A stretch of DNA of 64,000 nt, from the IMG/VR virus record IMGVR_UViG_3300005719_000002, positions 1 through 64,000 of that record; one strand, written 5' to 3'. Below are positions 17,153 through 26,587 of the stretch, piece after piece. Below the pieces are notes generated by a model, which was given only the letters and a program-made list of their open reading frames with translations, made no database searches and had not been told where the DNA came from. Source of the DNA: a virus (Duplodnaviria > Caudoviricetes). A program made the translations under genes and the position numbers. Position 1 is the first letter of the stretch. Each line of letters begins with the position of its first letter.

Positions 17153-19783
17153 TTGGCAACTAAACTTTACTTAGAATCGACCGCGTTCTCGCCCATCACG
17201 CCGACGCCTAACGCCGGTTGGACGGACACGACGCAGTTTGCCCGCTTCGCGGCTGGCACAACCAAGCTGAGTTCCACGATGACGACGCGCAGTTGCACGT
17301 CAGCCATCTCCACTCAGGCCGACATTATTCTCTGCCAGTTTATTTCACACCCGCTGGATGCAGGCCAGACGATTACCGGCGGGCAAAACATTTCGATTGT
17401 AATGCGCGAGGCGGAGACTGCCGCCACTAACAACCTCTTTTTCACTTGGGCAGTCTACATTTTCAACGGCTCAACACTTCAGAAAACCCTCATTGCCAAG
17501 CGTCAGGATGGCACTGAGCAGACCTCCGCTACCTTAACCACCCGCAGCGCCACGGTTGCGAGTGTGGCGGGTAACTACACCACCGTTGCGGGGGATCGAA
17601 TTGTTATTGAGGTTGGATTGAACGGCGACCCCGGCGGCACGAGCAACCACAATGGATCGGTTAGTCACGGATCGGATTCAGGTTCGGATTTGGCTATTTC
17701 AGATGGCGTTACGACCGCTAATAATCCCAACCTGAACCTCACCGACACGCTGACGTTTAATACGATTTCCCCTTCAGCTTCGCTCAGTCCAAGTGCATCG
17801 CTGAGTCCAAGTGCATCCTTGTCCCCCTCGGCAAGTCTCAGCCCCAGCGCCAGTGTTTCACCCTCACTCAGTCCATCAGCGAGTTTAAGCCCCTCTGCCA
17901 GTTCGTCACCTTCTCTGAGTCCATCAGCCAGCCTGTCACCGTCTGCGAGTCGTAGTCCCAGTGCCAGTATCTCGGCATCGGTCAGCCCCTCTGCGAGCTT
18001 GTCCCCATCCGCCAGCCTCAGCCCTTCGGCAAGCAGTTCGGCGTCGTTAAGTCCGTCAGCAAGTATCAGTCCAAGTTCCAGCGCAAGTCCCAGCGTGTCG
18101 GCAACGCCACCGATATTTATCGAAGGGCAGAATGTCGATCCATTCTTCATTGAACACTTTCTGTTCTATGAGACACAGCCCTTGCTGGGAATTCCGGGGT
18201 TGTCGCCAAGTGCTTCAGTCAGTCCATCAGCAAGTATTTCGGCTTCAATTAGTCCCAGCGCCAGTCTCAGCCCCTCGGCGTCTTTGAGTCCGAGCGCGAG
18301 TGTGTCAGCTTCAGTCTCCCCCAGTGCGAGCATTAGCCCATCAGCTTCAGCCTCACCAAGTCTCTCACCATCCGCGTCGCTGAGTCCTTCTGCGAGTGAG
18401 TCGCCTTCGATTTCTCCGTCCGCGTCTTTAAGCCCCAGCGCTTCCGTGTCGGCCAGCGTGTCGCCCAGTCCGTCGCTGTCGCCTTCAGCGTCGCTCTCGC
18501 CCTCTGCCAGTGTCTCCGCGTCGTTATCGCCTTCGGCGAGTCTAAGTCCGAGTGCTTCACAATCTGCGAGCCTATCCCCTAGCGCGTCATTGTCACCTTC
18601 GGCGTCCCTTTCACCGTCCGCGAGTGCATCAGCCTCAGTGTCCCCGTCGGCGAGTCTCAGTCCCAGCAGCAGCGCATCGCCGTCTTTGTCGCCATCTGCG
18701 TCTCTGTCACCAAGCGCATCGCCGTCACCATCGGCCAGTGTTAGCGCGAGCGTATCTCCCAGTGCTTCGTCCAGCGCCAGTTCGTCGCCGTCACTTTCTC
18801 CGAGTGCCAGCGCGTCACCATCGTCCAGCGCCAGTCCTAGTTCCGGTCTGACTCCGGCCATCTTCGTCTACGGCCAAAACGTCGATCCGTTTTTCATTCA
18901 GCACTTCATTCCGCTGATTGTTAATTCGCTGTTCGTTGCTGAGCAGCCATCGCCATCCGCTTCGCTTAGCCCCAGTGCCAGTCAGTCACCCAGCGCCAGC
19001 GCCAGTCCCAGCCCTCCGGCTGCGCCGCCTGTGTTCGTCTATGGTCAGAATGTTGATCCGTTCTTCATCCAGAAGTTCATCCCGCTGATTGTCAACTCTC
19101 TATTCGCGATTGAAATCACGGCATTCTCACCGAGCGGTAGCCAGAGTCCATCCGCTTCCGCGTCAGCATCGCTGTCTCCGTCGCGGTCGTTGAGTCCCAG
19201 TGCATCGCTTAGTGCCAGCCTGTCTCCCAGTGCGAGTTTGTCACCTTCAGCCTCGCTCAGCCCAAGTGCCAGCGCTTCGCCGTCTCGTTCGCCGTCAGCT
19301 TCTCTAAGTCCCAGTGCAAGTGTCTCCGCATCGCGCTCACCCAGTGCCTCACGGAGCGCATCTCTTAGCCCTTCAGCATCCATCAGCCCATCAGCCAGCG
19401 GGTCGGTCAGTCCTTCCCCATCGGTCAGCCCGTCAGCATCAATCAGCGCTTCGGCGTCAATCTCGCCATCGCCAAGTGCCAGTGCGTCTCGTTCCCCTTC
19501 GGCATCTTTAAGCCCCTCTGCCTCCATTAGTCCCTCACTCAGCCCCAGTGCTTCTGCTTCAGCGTCTGCCAGCCCTTCGGGGTCACTGTCGGCGTCGCTC
19601 TCACCAAGTACATCCATCTCTCCGTCCGCGTCAGCCAGCCGCAGTATCTCGCCAACCTTGCCGCCGCCATTGTGCGTGACCTTTGAATTCACGCTCACAA
19701 CAAGCCAAGTGGTGTTCTCAGGAAAGACTTCTACAACAGAGTTCGATCTACACACTTCTGAAATTGACTTTGACCAATTGTAA
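17153..19783 (+). CDS. Large mucin-like virion fibre protein (N-terminal beta domain, SPSAS tracts, three GQNVDPFF nodes)
   Basis: TTG start; about 200 aa globular domain then mostly SPSAS; three conserved inserts; short acidic/hydrophobic C-terminal domain. Confidence 0.8.
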   Translation: MATKLYLESTAFSPITPTPNAGWTDTTQFARFAAGTTKLSSTMTTRSCTSAISTQADIILCQFISHPLDAGQTITGGQNISIVMREAETAATNNLFFTWAVYIFNGSTLQKTLIAKRQDGTEQTSATLTTRSATVASVAGNYTTVAGDRIVIEVGLNGDPGGTSNHNGSVSHGSDSGSDLAISDGVTTANNPNLNLTDTLTFNTISPSASLSPSASLSPSASLSPSASLSPSASVSPSLSPSASLSPSASSSPSLSPSASLSPSASRSPSASISASVSPSASLSPSASLSPSASSSASLSPSASISPSSSASPSVSATPPIFIEGQNVDPFFIEHFLFYETQPLLGIPGLSPSASVSPSASISASISPSASLSPSASLSPSASVSASVSPSASISPSASASPSLSPSASLSPSASESPSISPSASLSPSASVSASVSPSPSLSPSASLSPSASVSASLSPSASLSPSASQSASLSPSASLSPSASLSPSASASASVSPSASLSPSSSASPSLSPSASLSPSASPSPSASVSASVSPSASSSASSSPSLSPSASASPSSSASPSSGLTPAIFVYGQNVDPFFIQHFIPLIVNSLFVAEQPSPSASLSPSASQSPSASASPSPPAAPPVFVYGQNVDPFFIQKFIPLIVNSLFAIEITAFSPSGSQSPSASASASLSPSRSLSPSASLSASLSPSASLSPSASLSPSASASPSRSPSASLSPSASVSASRSPSASRSASLSPSASISPSASGSVSPSPSVSPSASISASASISPSPSASASRSPSASLSPSASISPSLSPSASASASASPSGSLSASLSPSTSISPSASASRSISPTLPPPLCVTFEFTLTTSQVVFSGKTSTTEFDLHTSEIDFDQL

Positions 19784-20730
19784 TGGCCGTATCCCCCTCA
19801 GCCAGTATCAGCCGCAGCCCCAGCCCGTCGGCATCGCGGTCGCCGTCAGCTTCACGCAGCCCTTCAGCCAGTAGATCGCCGTCTGCATCTGTTTCGGCGT
19901 CTCGCAGTCCGTCAGCCAGCCGTTCACCCAGTGCTTCAGTATCAGCAAGCATTTCGCCGTCGGGGAGCGCCAGCGGGTCACTCTCTCCGTCAGGGTCGGC
20001 CAGCACGAGCACTTCACCTTCAGCATCTATTAGCGCATCACAAAGCCCTTCGGGTTCAATATCAGCGTCGCTATCTCCATCCGGCTCGGTGAGCACGAGC
20101 GCGTCACCCTCGGCCTCGGTGAGTGCGTCACCCAGCCCGTCAAGCTCAGTATCCGCGTCACCATCCAGTTCAGCGAGCGCAAGTATCAGCGCTTCGTTAT
20201 CACCAAGCACGTCCAGTAGCGGGAGCGCATCACCATCAGCCTCGGTGTCCCTATCAGCCAGTGCTTCGTCATCTCAAAGCCTATCTCCCAGCGCAAGCGC
20301 ATCGGAAAGTCCGAGTCCCTCGGCTTCTGTAAGCCCATCGAGTAGCATGTCTCGCTCGCTCAGCCCTTCCAGTTCCGTCTCAGAGTCACCCAGCGCCAGT
20401 GAAAGCCCATCCGTATCCGCCAGCCCGTCAGCAGCACCAGTTTCCCCGTCGGTGTCGGTCTCACCTTCCGCCAGTGTTTCCGTTTCTCCATCTCCAAGTC
20501 CGTCGCCCTCTGAAAGCGGCAGCGTCAGTCCAAGTAACAGCCTTAGTAACTCACCGTCCCCGTCAAACGGGCCGTGGTCGCCTTCTTCGTCAATCAGTCC
20601 ATCCAGTTCAAACAGTCCCAGCGTAAGCCCAAGCAGTTCAGTCAGTCCTTCACACGTACATCAGGATTCAGGTTCGTCCTCTATAAGCCCGTCAAGTTCA
20701 TGCAGCCCTTCGCCTAGTTCTTCTCCTGGG
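17767..20730 (+). repeat. SPSAS-coding repeat tracts in the 876 aa and 316 aa ORFs
   Basis: Protein-level tandem repeat interrupted by three GQNVDPFF modules and one gene boundary. Confidence 0.9.
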
Positions 20731-20733
20731 TGA
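19783..20733 (+). CDS. Almost pure Ser/Pro/Ala repeat protein (316 aa)
   Basis: TAATG coupling; SPSxS repeats over nearly the full length with mixed TCN/AGY codons. Confidence 0.7.
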   Translation: MAVSPSASISRSPSPSASRSPSASRSPSASRSPSASVSASRSPSASRSPSASVSASISPSGSASGSLSPSGSASTSTSPSASISASQSPSGSISASLSPSGSVSTSASPSASVSASPSPSSSVSASPSSSASASISASLSPSTSSSGSASPSASVSLSASASSSQSLSPSASASESPSPSASVSPSSSMSRSLSPSSSVSESPSASESPSVSASPSAAPVSPSVSVSPSASVSVSPSPSPSPSESGSVSPSNSLSNSPSPSNGPWSPSSSISPSSSNSPSVSPSSSVSPSHVHQDSGSSSISPSSSCSPSPSSSPG

Positions 20734-20740
20734 AACTCTC

Positions 20741-20772
20741 TTGACAGCATCTACGCAGCAAGCGTATATATT
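20741..20772 (+). promoter_or_regulatory. Sigma70-like promoter ahead of the glycosylation cassette
   Basis: TTGACA 20741-20746; TATATA/TATATT at 20765-20772 (spacing imperfect); TACGC/GCGTA inverted repeat in the spacer. Confidence 0.5.
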
Positions 20773-20780
20773 GCTACTCA

Positions 20781-20924
20781 GTGAGTAAAAAACCCGTCAC
20801 CATTCAAACCTTTAGATGCCAATGCGAACGCTGCGGGTATCGGTGGGTGGCAAAGGTCAGAGAACCCAAGCGTTGCCCTAACTGTCATAATCCCAACTGG
20901 AACAGGCGGAAGAAGACGAGATGA
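20781..20924 (+). CDS. 47 aa Zn-ribbon protein (not in ORF track)
   Basis: GTG start, MSKKPVTIQTFRCQCERCGYRW...PKRCPNCHNPNWN; ATGA overlap with the GT gene; paralogue at 40271. Confidence 0.75.
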   Translation: MSKKPVTIQTFRCQCERCGYRWVAKVREPKRCPNCHNPNWNRRKKTR

Positions 20925-21892
20925 TCAAAGGTCGTGTATCAGTACTCATCCCCAGCCGCAAGGAACGCTGGCTGAACCAGACCCTAGCCGATGTGTTCGG
21001 TAAAGCGGCTGGTGATGTCGAAGCGGTCGTGTGCCACGACGGAATTTGGCCGGACGAGTTACCGCCTGAAAACGCAAAGCTCATCCAGTTTCATCCCGGC
21101 AGAAACGTCGGCATGAGAGCGGGAATCAACATGGCTGCGCGCATTGCTCAGGGTGAATACCTAATGAAACTTGACGGTCACTGTCAGTTGGGCGAAGGGT
21201 ATGATGCGATTCTCAAGGCCGATTGTGCGCCGAATTGGGTGATGATTCCACGGCGGTATTCCATTGAGGTCGGCACACCTGAAGAACCGAAATGGGAACT
21301 GCGAACCGATAAGGTGGTTGATTATCACTACCTTTCCTACCCGTTTCTCCGCAAGAACGATATCGCCTGTGGGCTGCATGGGAACATCTGGCATGAACGG
21401 CGCAAGAAGCGTCAGGATATTTTAGTGGATCGTGAAATGTCATCACAGGGGTCGTGCTACTTCGGCCACCGAGACTTCATGGAGAAGGCCATCTTTCCGC
21501 TGGATGACGAATCTTTCGGCACGTTTGCGAGCGAGATGCAGGAAGTTGGTTATCGGGCTTGTTCTAACGGCGGGCAGTTGATGGTCAATAAGAACACCTA
21601 TTACGGCCATGTTCATAAGGGCAAAGCGTGGGGTACGGGGTATAAGTTCAACACGAAAGAATGGGAGAACTGGCAACGGCAGAATAAGAAGGGTCACGAC
21701 CACGCAATCATTCAGCTTCTCTCGAATCGACCGCTGGCCGAGAAGTTAATCAACGAGTTCTGGCCTGTACCCGAATGGCCGGAGAAAAACGGTGGGTGCA
21801 ACTGGGGTAAAGTCTATGCAGACTTTGCCGAATGGAAAGCAGAAACCTACGGCAAGGAACCGCCGATGAGTTGGTTGGAAAAGGGGGCATGA
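20921..21892 (+). CDS. GT-A glycosyltransferase (GT2/GT27 ppGalNAc-T-like)
   Basis: VSVLIPSR, GMRAGIN, YLMKLDGHC (DxH), EMSSQGSCYF...FGTFASEMQEVG...GGQLMVN...GHVHK. Confidence 0.85.
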   Translation: MIKGRVSVLIPSRKERWLNQTLADVFGKAAGDVEAVVCHDGIWPDELPPENAKLIQFHPGRNVGMRAGINMAARIAQGEYLMKLDGHCQLGEGYDAILKADCAPNWVMIPRRYSIEVGTPEEPKWELRTDKVVDYHYLSYPFLRKNDIACGLHGNIWHERRKKRQDILVDREMSSQGSCYFGHRDFMEKAIFPLDDESFGTFASEMQEVGYRACSNGGQLMVNKNTYYGHVHKGKAWGTGYKFNTKEWENWQRQNKKGHDHAIIQLLSNRPLAEKLINEFWPVPEWPEKNGGCNWGKVYADFAEWKAETYGKEPPMSWLEKGA

Positions 21893-21977
21893 TGATTATC
21901 TTCTGGATTTCCCTTGTAGTGGTGGCAATGGCAGTACTTATTTGGCTAGGCAGCAAAACAGCAAAGGAGCAAAATCG

Positions 21978-22250
21978 ATGGCGTTAGACGAAGTAATCGA
22001 CACAGAAGCAGTGGTGAAAAGTTTCTCACCGCGTCCGACAAAGCCGGTGACAATGGACTTTCCTGACGCGATGCGGGAGGTGATCGCGGGGAAGAAGATC
22101 GCTAAGTTGGAGTGGGCGGAGAAGGGCGAGCCGGAGTGCTATGCATTGCTCAACGCCGGAATGCTGCAAATCTTTCGTGGGGCAAGTTTCCATGCGTGGA
22201 ATGTCTCTGATGGGGATTTAGCGGGTGAGGATTACATTGTGGTCAAATGA
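21978..22250 (+). CDS. Tad2-like (DUF2829) anti-defence nucleotide sponge
   Basis: AAGGAG SD with ATG 21978; MDFPDAM...GKKIAKLEW and W.VSDGDLAGEDYIVV match the DUF2829 consensus F..A...L..GKKV.R..W / W.PS..DL.A.DW.IV. Confidence 0.7.
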   Translation: MALDEVIDTEAVVKSFSPRPTKPVTMDFPDAMREVIAGKKIAKLEWAEKGEPECYALLNAGMLQIFRGASFHAWNVSDGDLAGEDYIVVK

Positions 22251-22888
22251 ACCGCACCCTCCAATTCATCGCTGACAAGTTCGGCGTAGACCTGAACGCT
22301 CGGTGCCCTATCGCGCTGCCAATCAGCCGTCATGGGCTAGCCAAGTTGTTTGCTGACTTAGGATTCAAGCACATCGTGGAGATTGGTGTCGAGAAAGGAC
22401 TGTACACAAAAGCCCTTGCCAAATTCAACCCGCAAGCAACCATCTACGCTATCGACGCTTGGCACCCGATCAAAGGCTATCGTGACCACGTAAACCGAGA
22501 CAAGCTCCAGAGGTTTTACGAGATCAGCAAGGAACGTCTCGCACCGTTTCCGAACGTGAAAATCATCCGGCAGCTTTCACTGGATGCGGTGAGGGATTTT
22601 AACGACAAGTCACTGGATGCTGTTTATATCGATGCCGATCACTGTTTTCAGTCAGTTACAAATGACATCTGTGAGTGGGGTAAAAAAGTTAAAGCAGGTG
22701 GCATTGTTGCAGGTCACGACTTTGCCCACTTAAACAAAGGTAATGCCCTGATGCACGTTAAGTATGTCGTTGAGGGCTATACGCGCTGTTACGACATTTA
22801 CCCGTGGTTTCTGACCAATACCGACGAGGAAGAACCGGAAGCGGACAGTCTTAAGACTAATCGAAGTTTCTTGTGGGTTAAGCAGTGA
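22247..22888 (+). CDS. Class I SAM-dependent methyltransferase (Methyltransf_24-like)
   Basis: VEIGVEKG, YAIDAW, LDAVYIDADH, KKVKAGGIVAGHDF. Confidence 0.9.
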   Translation: MNRTLQFIADKFGVDLNARCPIALPISRHGLAKLFADLGFKHIVEIGVEKGLYTKALAKFNPQATIYAIDAWHPIKGYRDHVNRDKLQRFYEISKERLAPFPNVKIIRQLSLDAVRDFNDKSLDAVYIDADHCFQSVTNDICEWGKKVKAGGIVAGHDFAHLNKGNALMHVKYVVEGYTRCYDIYPWFLTNTDEEEPEADSLKTNRSFLWVKQ

Positions 22889-23520
22889 TTGTTGGAGTTC
22901 TTTACGTTACCTCGAACCGAGAGCGCCCTGAATTCGAGGAGAAGATAAAGGCCAGCCTGTTGACCGTTATTGGAGATCGACCCTTGGTGAGCGTATCACA
23001 ACAACCGATAAATTTTGGTCGGAACATCTGCGTGGGTGACATTGGACACTCCTACTACAGCGCCTTCCGGCAAATGGTTGTTGGCGCAGAATCCATGACG
23101 GAGGACTATGTAGCCATTGCCGAGTCCGACCAGCTCTACCCACCCGACTATTTCACTTTTGAGCCAGCCGGAGAAGACCTGTACCTGCATGACAGTGTGT
23201 ATGTAATCAAATCCTTCAAACCCGACCAGTATCAGCAAAAGCGCTGGGGTGACTGGATTTCCGTGGTGAAGCGAGAGTATCTGATTGCCTGCGCCAAAAG
23301 CTACCTTAGCAAAAAGAAGACGCGCGTGTCACTGTTTGGGCTTCATGGGTTGAAAGACGTGAAGCATTGGAAACACGGATTACCCGTGGTGAGCTTCAAG
23401 ACGCGGCAGAATGTCAGTCTTAACACCGAGACATTAGTGGACACGGGCGAGGTAGAAGCGGTCGCAGAACTGCCTTACTGGGGTAAGGCTCGCGATCTGT
23501 TTAGGAAGTACGTGAAATGA
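22885..23520 (+). CDS. GT-A-like protein, ExD family paralogue A
   Basis: LVSVSQQPINFG.NI.VG, YVAIAESDQLYPPDYFTFEP; homologous to 25609 and the C-terminus of 26588. Confidence 0.7.
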   Translation: MIVGVLYVTSNRERPEFEEKIKASLLTVIGDRPLVSVSQQPINFGRNICVGDIGHSYYSAFRQMVVGAESMTEDYVAIAESDQLYPPDYFTFEPAGEDLYLHDSVYVIKSFKPDQYQQKRWGDWISVVKREYLIACAKSYLSKKKTRVSLFGLHGLKDVKHWKHGLPVVSFKTRQNVSLNTETLVDTGEVEAVAELPYWGKARDLFRKYVK

Positions 23521-24191
23521 AGGTGTGCGTAATCAGCGCCTCGCTTGGTAACTACGATGTCGAACATCCGTGGGCAGAGCAAATTGTTCCTGATGGCGTC
23601 GAAGTAGAAATCCACCGGCTCAACGATTCTAATTTCCCGCCACGCCATAAAGCCATGACGCCTGCGTTACAGTGCGGGATACCGAAATGGCACGGTTACG
23701 AAATGTTTCCTGGTTTCGACTGGTATCTCTGGATAGACGCGAGTTGCGCGCTCACCAGAGGCAACGAAGTGCATCTGTGGCTGTGTGAAGCCGATGCGTT
23801 CAACTTGGCAGGTTACTACGACATCGCACTGTTCAAACACCCTGAGCGGAAGACTATTCAGCAAGAGTATGAATTTATCAAGGAAAAGATGGCGACGGGC
23901 AACAAGTATCTCTGTTCGCGATATGAAGGTGAATGGCTAGACGAGCAATACGAGTACGTGGCTGATATCGCTTATTATCCAGCGTTCTATGCGTCTACTG
24001 CTTTCATCTACAACCCAACGCCGCTAATTCGCAACGCGTTCAAAGAGGTTGCGTGGCAAAAATACCGCTTCATGCTGCACGATCAACTTGCCCTTGCTTA
24101 TGCACTTCGAGAACACGGGCATAGTATCAAGGTAATCAATCAGGATTATCAAAAGTCGGGGTTGATGGAGTTTGTGAGGAGTAAGAAGTAA
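23517..24191 (+). CDS. DUF616-like (TOD1/MUCI70-type) glycosyltransferase
   Basis: VISASLGNYD, DWYLWIDAS, ALFKHPER.TI.QE, HDQLALAYA. Confidence 0.75.
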   Translation: MKVCVISASLGNYDVEHPWAEQIVPDGVEVEIHRLNDSNFPPRHKAMTPALQCGIPKWHGYEMFPGFDWYLWIDASCALTRGNEVHLWLCEADAFNLAGYYDIALFKHPERKTIQQEYEFIKEKMATGNKYLCSRYEGEWLDEQYEYVADIAYYPAFYASTAFIYNPTPLIRNAFKEVAWQKYRFMLHDQLALAYALREHGHSIKVINQDYQKSGLMEFVRSKK

Positions 24192-24194
24192 CTC

Positions 24195-25397
24195 ATGCCC
24201 AATACCATCATCTTAGGAGCGGGCTTCAGTGGCCTTGCTACCGCGATCACGTCAGGTGGGACGGTCTATGAGGCAACGGATTCACCGGGCGGTCTGGGTG
24301 CGTCCTACGAAATCAACGGTTTCCGCTTTGAGCGCGGCGGGGGGCACTGGTTGTTCGGCGGCGACCCGATGGTAACGGCGTTTATCCAAGGACTCTGCGA
24401 CATTAAGCGGTACGAGCGCAAGTCGTCCATTTATTTTCCCGATGAGGACAAGTTCTACCCCTACCCAATTCAGTCCACCCCTGAGTTCGCGAGCGTCATC
24501 AGTCAGGAGACAGGCGGTGAGTACGGTCAACCCATCGTGACCATAAAAGACGACTTGCGGCATCGGTTCGGCACGACCATGTGTGAGAAGTTTTTCTTTC
24601 CATTCAACGACCTCTATACCGCAGGACTCTACGACAAGGTTGCTCCGCAGGACGCTTACAAAAGTCCGCCGATTGGCAACAAGGGCTACAACGAGACGTT
24701 TATCTATCCGGTGCAGGGGTTGGGGCATTTGGCACGTCGCATGGCCGCACGGTGTGAGGTGAGGTTCAACAAGCGAGCAAAGTGGATTGATACCAGAGAG
24801 AAGATGGTTCATTTCGAGGATGATACCTGTCAAGGGTATGGCAAGTTAGTTTCCACGTTGCCGCTGAACCGCATGATGGTGATGACAGGATTGCAACCAG
24901 ACAATGACGCCAGCGATCCTGCTGTATCGGTTGCTGTGTATAACATCGCTGCTAAAAGAGGTAAAAACTGTCCTAGTGACCAATGGGTTTACACGCCGAA
25001 TAGTGATGCGGGTTTTCATCGAGTCGGGTTCTATAGCAACGTGGATAAGATACTTGCTCCGTTTGGCAAGCAAGACACCCATGTAAGTATGTACGTTGAA
25101 TCTGCGCACAAATACGATCCGCACGCCAGCAATGGCTTAGTAAGTGAGTGGTCAAATGAAAGCGCCGTAATTTGGACGCTTCAGGAGTGGGGCTGGATAG
25201 AAGATACCGAGGTAGTAGATCGTACTGACGTAGAAATCGCCTACACCTACTGCCGACCGGAAAGCACATGGCGAGAGGATGCGATTGCGTTGCTCAAGCA
25301 GCACGACATCACCTGTGTTGGGCGATTTGCCGAGTGGCGGTTTTGCGGAATCGTTGAGTCTATGCGGAGAGGGTTTGAAGCGGGGGTAAATTTATGA
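24195..25397 (+). CDS. FAD-dependent oxidoreductase, UDP-galactopyranose mutase-like
   Basis: IILGAGFSGL, E...PGGL..S...GFRFE.GGGHW, YPIQ, GRFAEWRF. Confidence 0.75.
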   Translation: MPNTIILGAGFSGLATAITSGGTVYEATDSPGGLGASYEINGFRFERGGGHWLFGGDPMVTAFIQGLCDIKRYERKSSIYFPDEDKFYPYPIQSTPEFASVISQETGGEYGQPIVTIKDDLRHRFGTTMCEKFFFPFNDLYTAGLYDKVAPQDAYKSPPIGNKGYNETFIYPVQGLGHLARRMAARCEVRFNKRAKWIDTREKMVHFEDDTCQGYGKLVSTLPLNRMMVMTGLQPDNDASDPAVSVAVYNIAAKRGKNCPSDQWVYTPNSDAGFHRVGFYSNVDKILAPFGKQDTHVSMYVESAHKYDPHASNGLVSEWSNESAVIWTLQEWGWIEDTEVVDRTDVEIAYTYCRPESTWREDAIALLKQHDITCVGRFAEWRFCGIVESMRRGFEAGVNL

Positions 25398-25618
25398 TTC
25401 CTATAATAGTACACATCAACGCTGGGCATGAATTTTGCGATGACGAAGAAAGGCGATGTCACTTTTACAAGTCTAGCGACATATCGATGGCTTCTCAGTG
25501 TGATGCCCATTGCAAATTGTTCGCTGTGGACTTGCGAGAGGTGTTCAATGAGAGGGGTCAAATCCTGCACGCCAAACGCCACGATTTGTGTGTCATCGCT
25601 GAAAAGTTATGTCCCTAG
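25394..25618 (+). CDS. Small Cys/His-rich hypothetical protein
   Basis: ATGA overlap; 74 aa. Confidence 0.55.
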   Translation: MIPIIVHINAGHEFCDDEERRCHFYKSSDISMASQCDAHCKLFAVDLREVFNERGQILHAKRHDLCVIAEKLCP

Positions 25619-26304
25619 CTATCCTATTCTACAGTGCTAACCAAAAGCCCGAACCTTTCGCCTCCAAGGTGCGCGCATCTCTACTCGACACAATAGGCGA
25701 CCTGCCGCTCGTCTCCGTCACGCAAGGCGAATTAGACTTCGGCCAAAACATCAACGTCGGACAAATCGGTGCGTCCACCTACAACTGCTACAAGCAAATT
25801 CTTATTGGGGCGCAAGCGGCCACCACGCGGTTCATCGCCTGTGCCGAGGACGACGTTCTCAGCCCTGTCGAACATTACCAGTTTCGCCCTCCCCGCGACG
25901 ACACTTTCTACTACGATAAAAACCGCTGGTGGGTGGAGCTAAACGACCGGAAGCCTCGTTACCGCTGGCGCAACCGCACGGTAATGTCCACCTGTGTCTG
26001 CAACCGTGAATTGTTCATCGAATGGGCAGAGAGGCTGTTTAAGAAGTTCCCCAAGGAACCGACTAGGGAGGGGATGACGGGCTGGGCGGAGCCGGGAAGG
26101 TACGAAACCTACCTCAAACTTCCGCAGGTAAAGATTAGCTTTTTCAGCAGTCAATACCCAATGCTGACGTTTAACACCAAGCCGTCTCTGGGTGGTGTTA
26201 GAAGGCCGCAGTCAACTGACACGACCTGTAACTACTTAGAACCTTGGGGATTCGCCAGTGACGTTTGGGAGAAATATATAGCCAGTGGGGCTGAAAGCGG
26301 CTAG
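25609..26304 (+). CDS. GT-A-like protein, ExD family paralogue B
   Basis: LVSVTQGELDFGQNINVG, FIACAEDDVLSPVEHYQFRPPRDDTFYY. Confidence 0.7.
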   Translation: MSLAILFYSANQKPEPFASKVRASLLDTIGDLPLVSVTQGELDFGQNINVGQIGASTYNCYKQILIGAQAATTRFIACAEDDVLSPVEHYQFRPPRDDTFYYDKNRWWVELNDRKPRYRWRNRTVMSTCVCNRELFIEWAERLFKKFPKEPTREGMTGWAEPGRYETYLKLPQVKISFFSSQYPMLTFNTKPSLGGVRRPQSTDTTCNYLEPWGFASDVWEKYIASGAESG

Positions 26305-26347
26305 AATGTCCTGACAACTGAATAGGCCACATCCCCAGAGGATCAAC

Positions 26348-26393
26348 CACCGTTTAGTTTCGAGTTATCGCAACTTGAAATTGGCGGTGTTTT
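26348..26393 (+). terminator. Long imperfect hairpin followed by a T-tract
   Basis: CACCG..TTTCGAGTT-ATCGC-AACTTGAAA..CGGTG then TTTT. Confidence 0.45.
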
Positions 26394-26409
26394 CATTTAG
26401 GAGGGGCTT

Positions 26410-26577
26410 ATGTTCATAACGCAATGTGTAGGCCGTCGCAAGCTGGAATGGCGGTTACAAGCCGACGGGAGTTACAGGGTAGACATTAAGCTGAAGGATA
26501 CCCGATTAGCCACTCTGATCATCGACAAGGCCGAAGCGAGCAAACTGCGCGCTCGAATGGTGAAGCATTCGAAGTAG
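26410..26577 (+). CDS. 55 aa hypothetical protein (not in ORF track)
   Basis: AGGAGG SD, ATG 26410, TAG 26575-26577. Confidence 0.6.
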   Translation: MFITQCVGRRKLEWRLQADGSYRVDIKLKDTRLATLIIDKAEASKLRARMVKHSK

Positions 26578-26587
26578 GAGGTAACTT

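Noticed and set aside
11863-20210. Long minus-strand ORFs rich in D/A/E/G/L (11863-12777, 18166-18861, 19045-19755, 19731-20210)
   Set aside because: Antisense shadows of the SPSAS codons; no SD, and they overlap well-supported plus-strand genes
1975-20730. SPSAS tracts as a CRISPR array or DNA-level satellite
   Set aside because: No constant repeat with unique spacers; periodicity is at codon level with degenerate third positions
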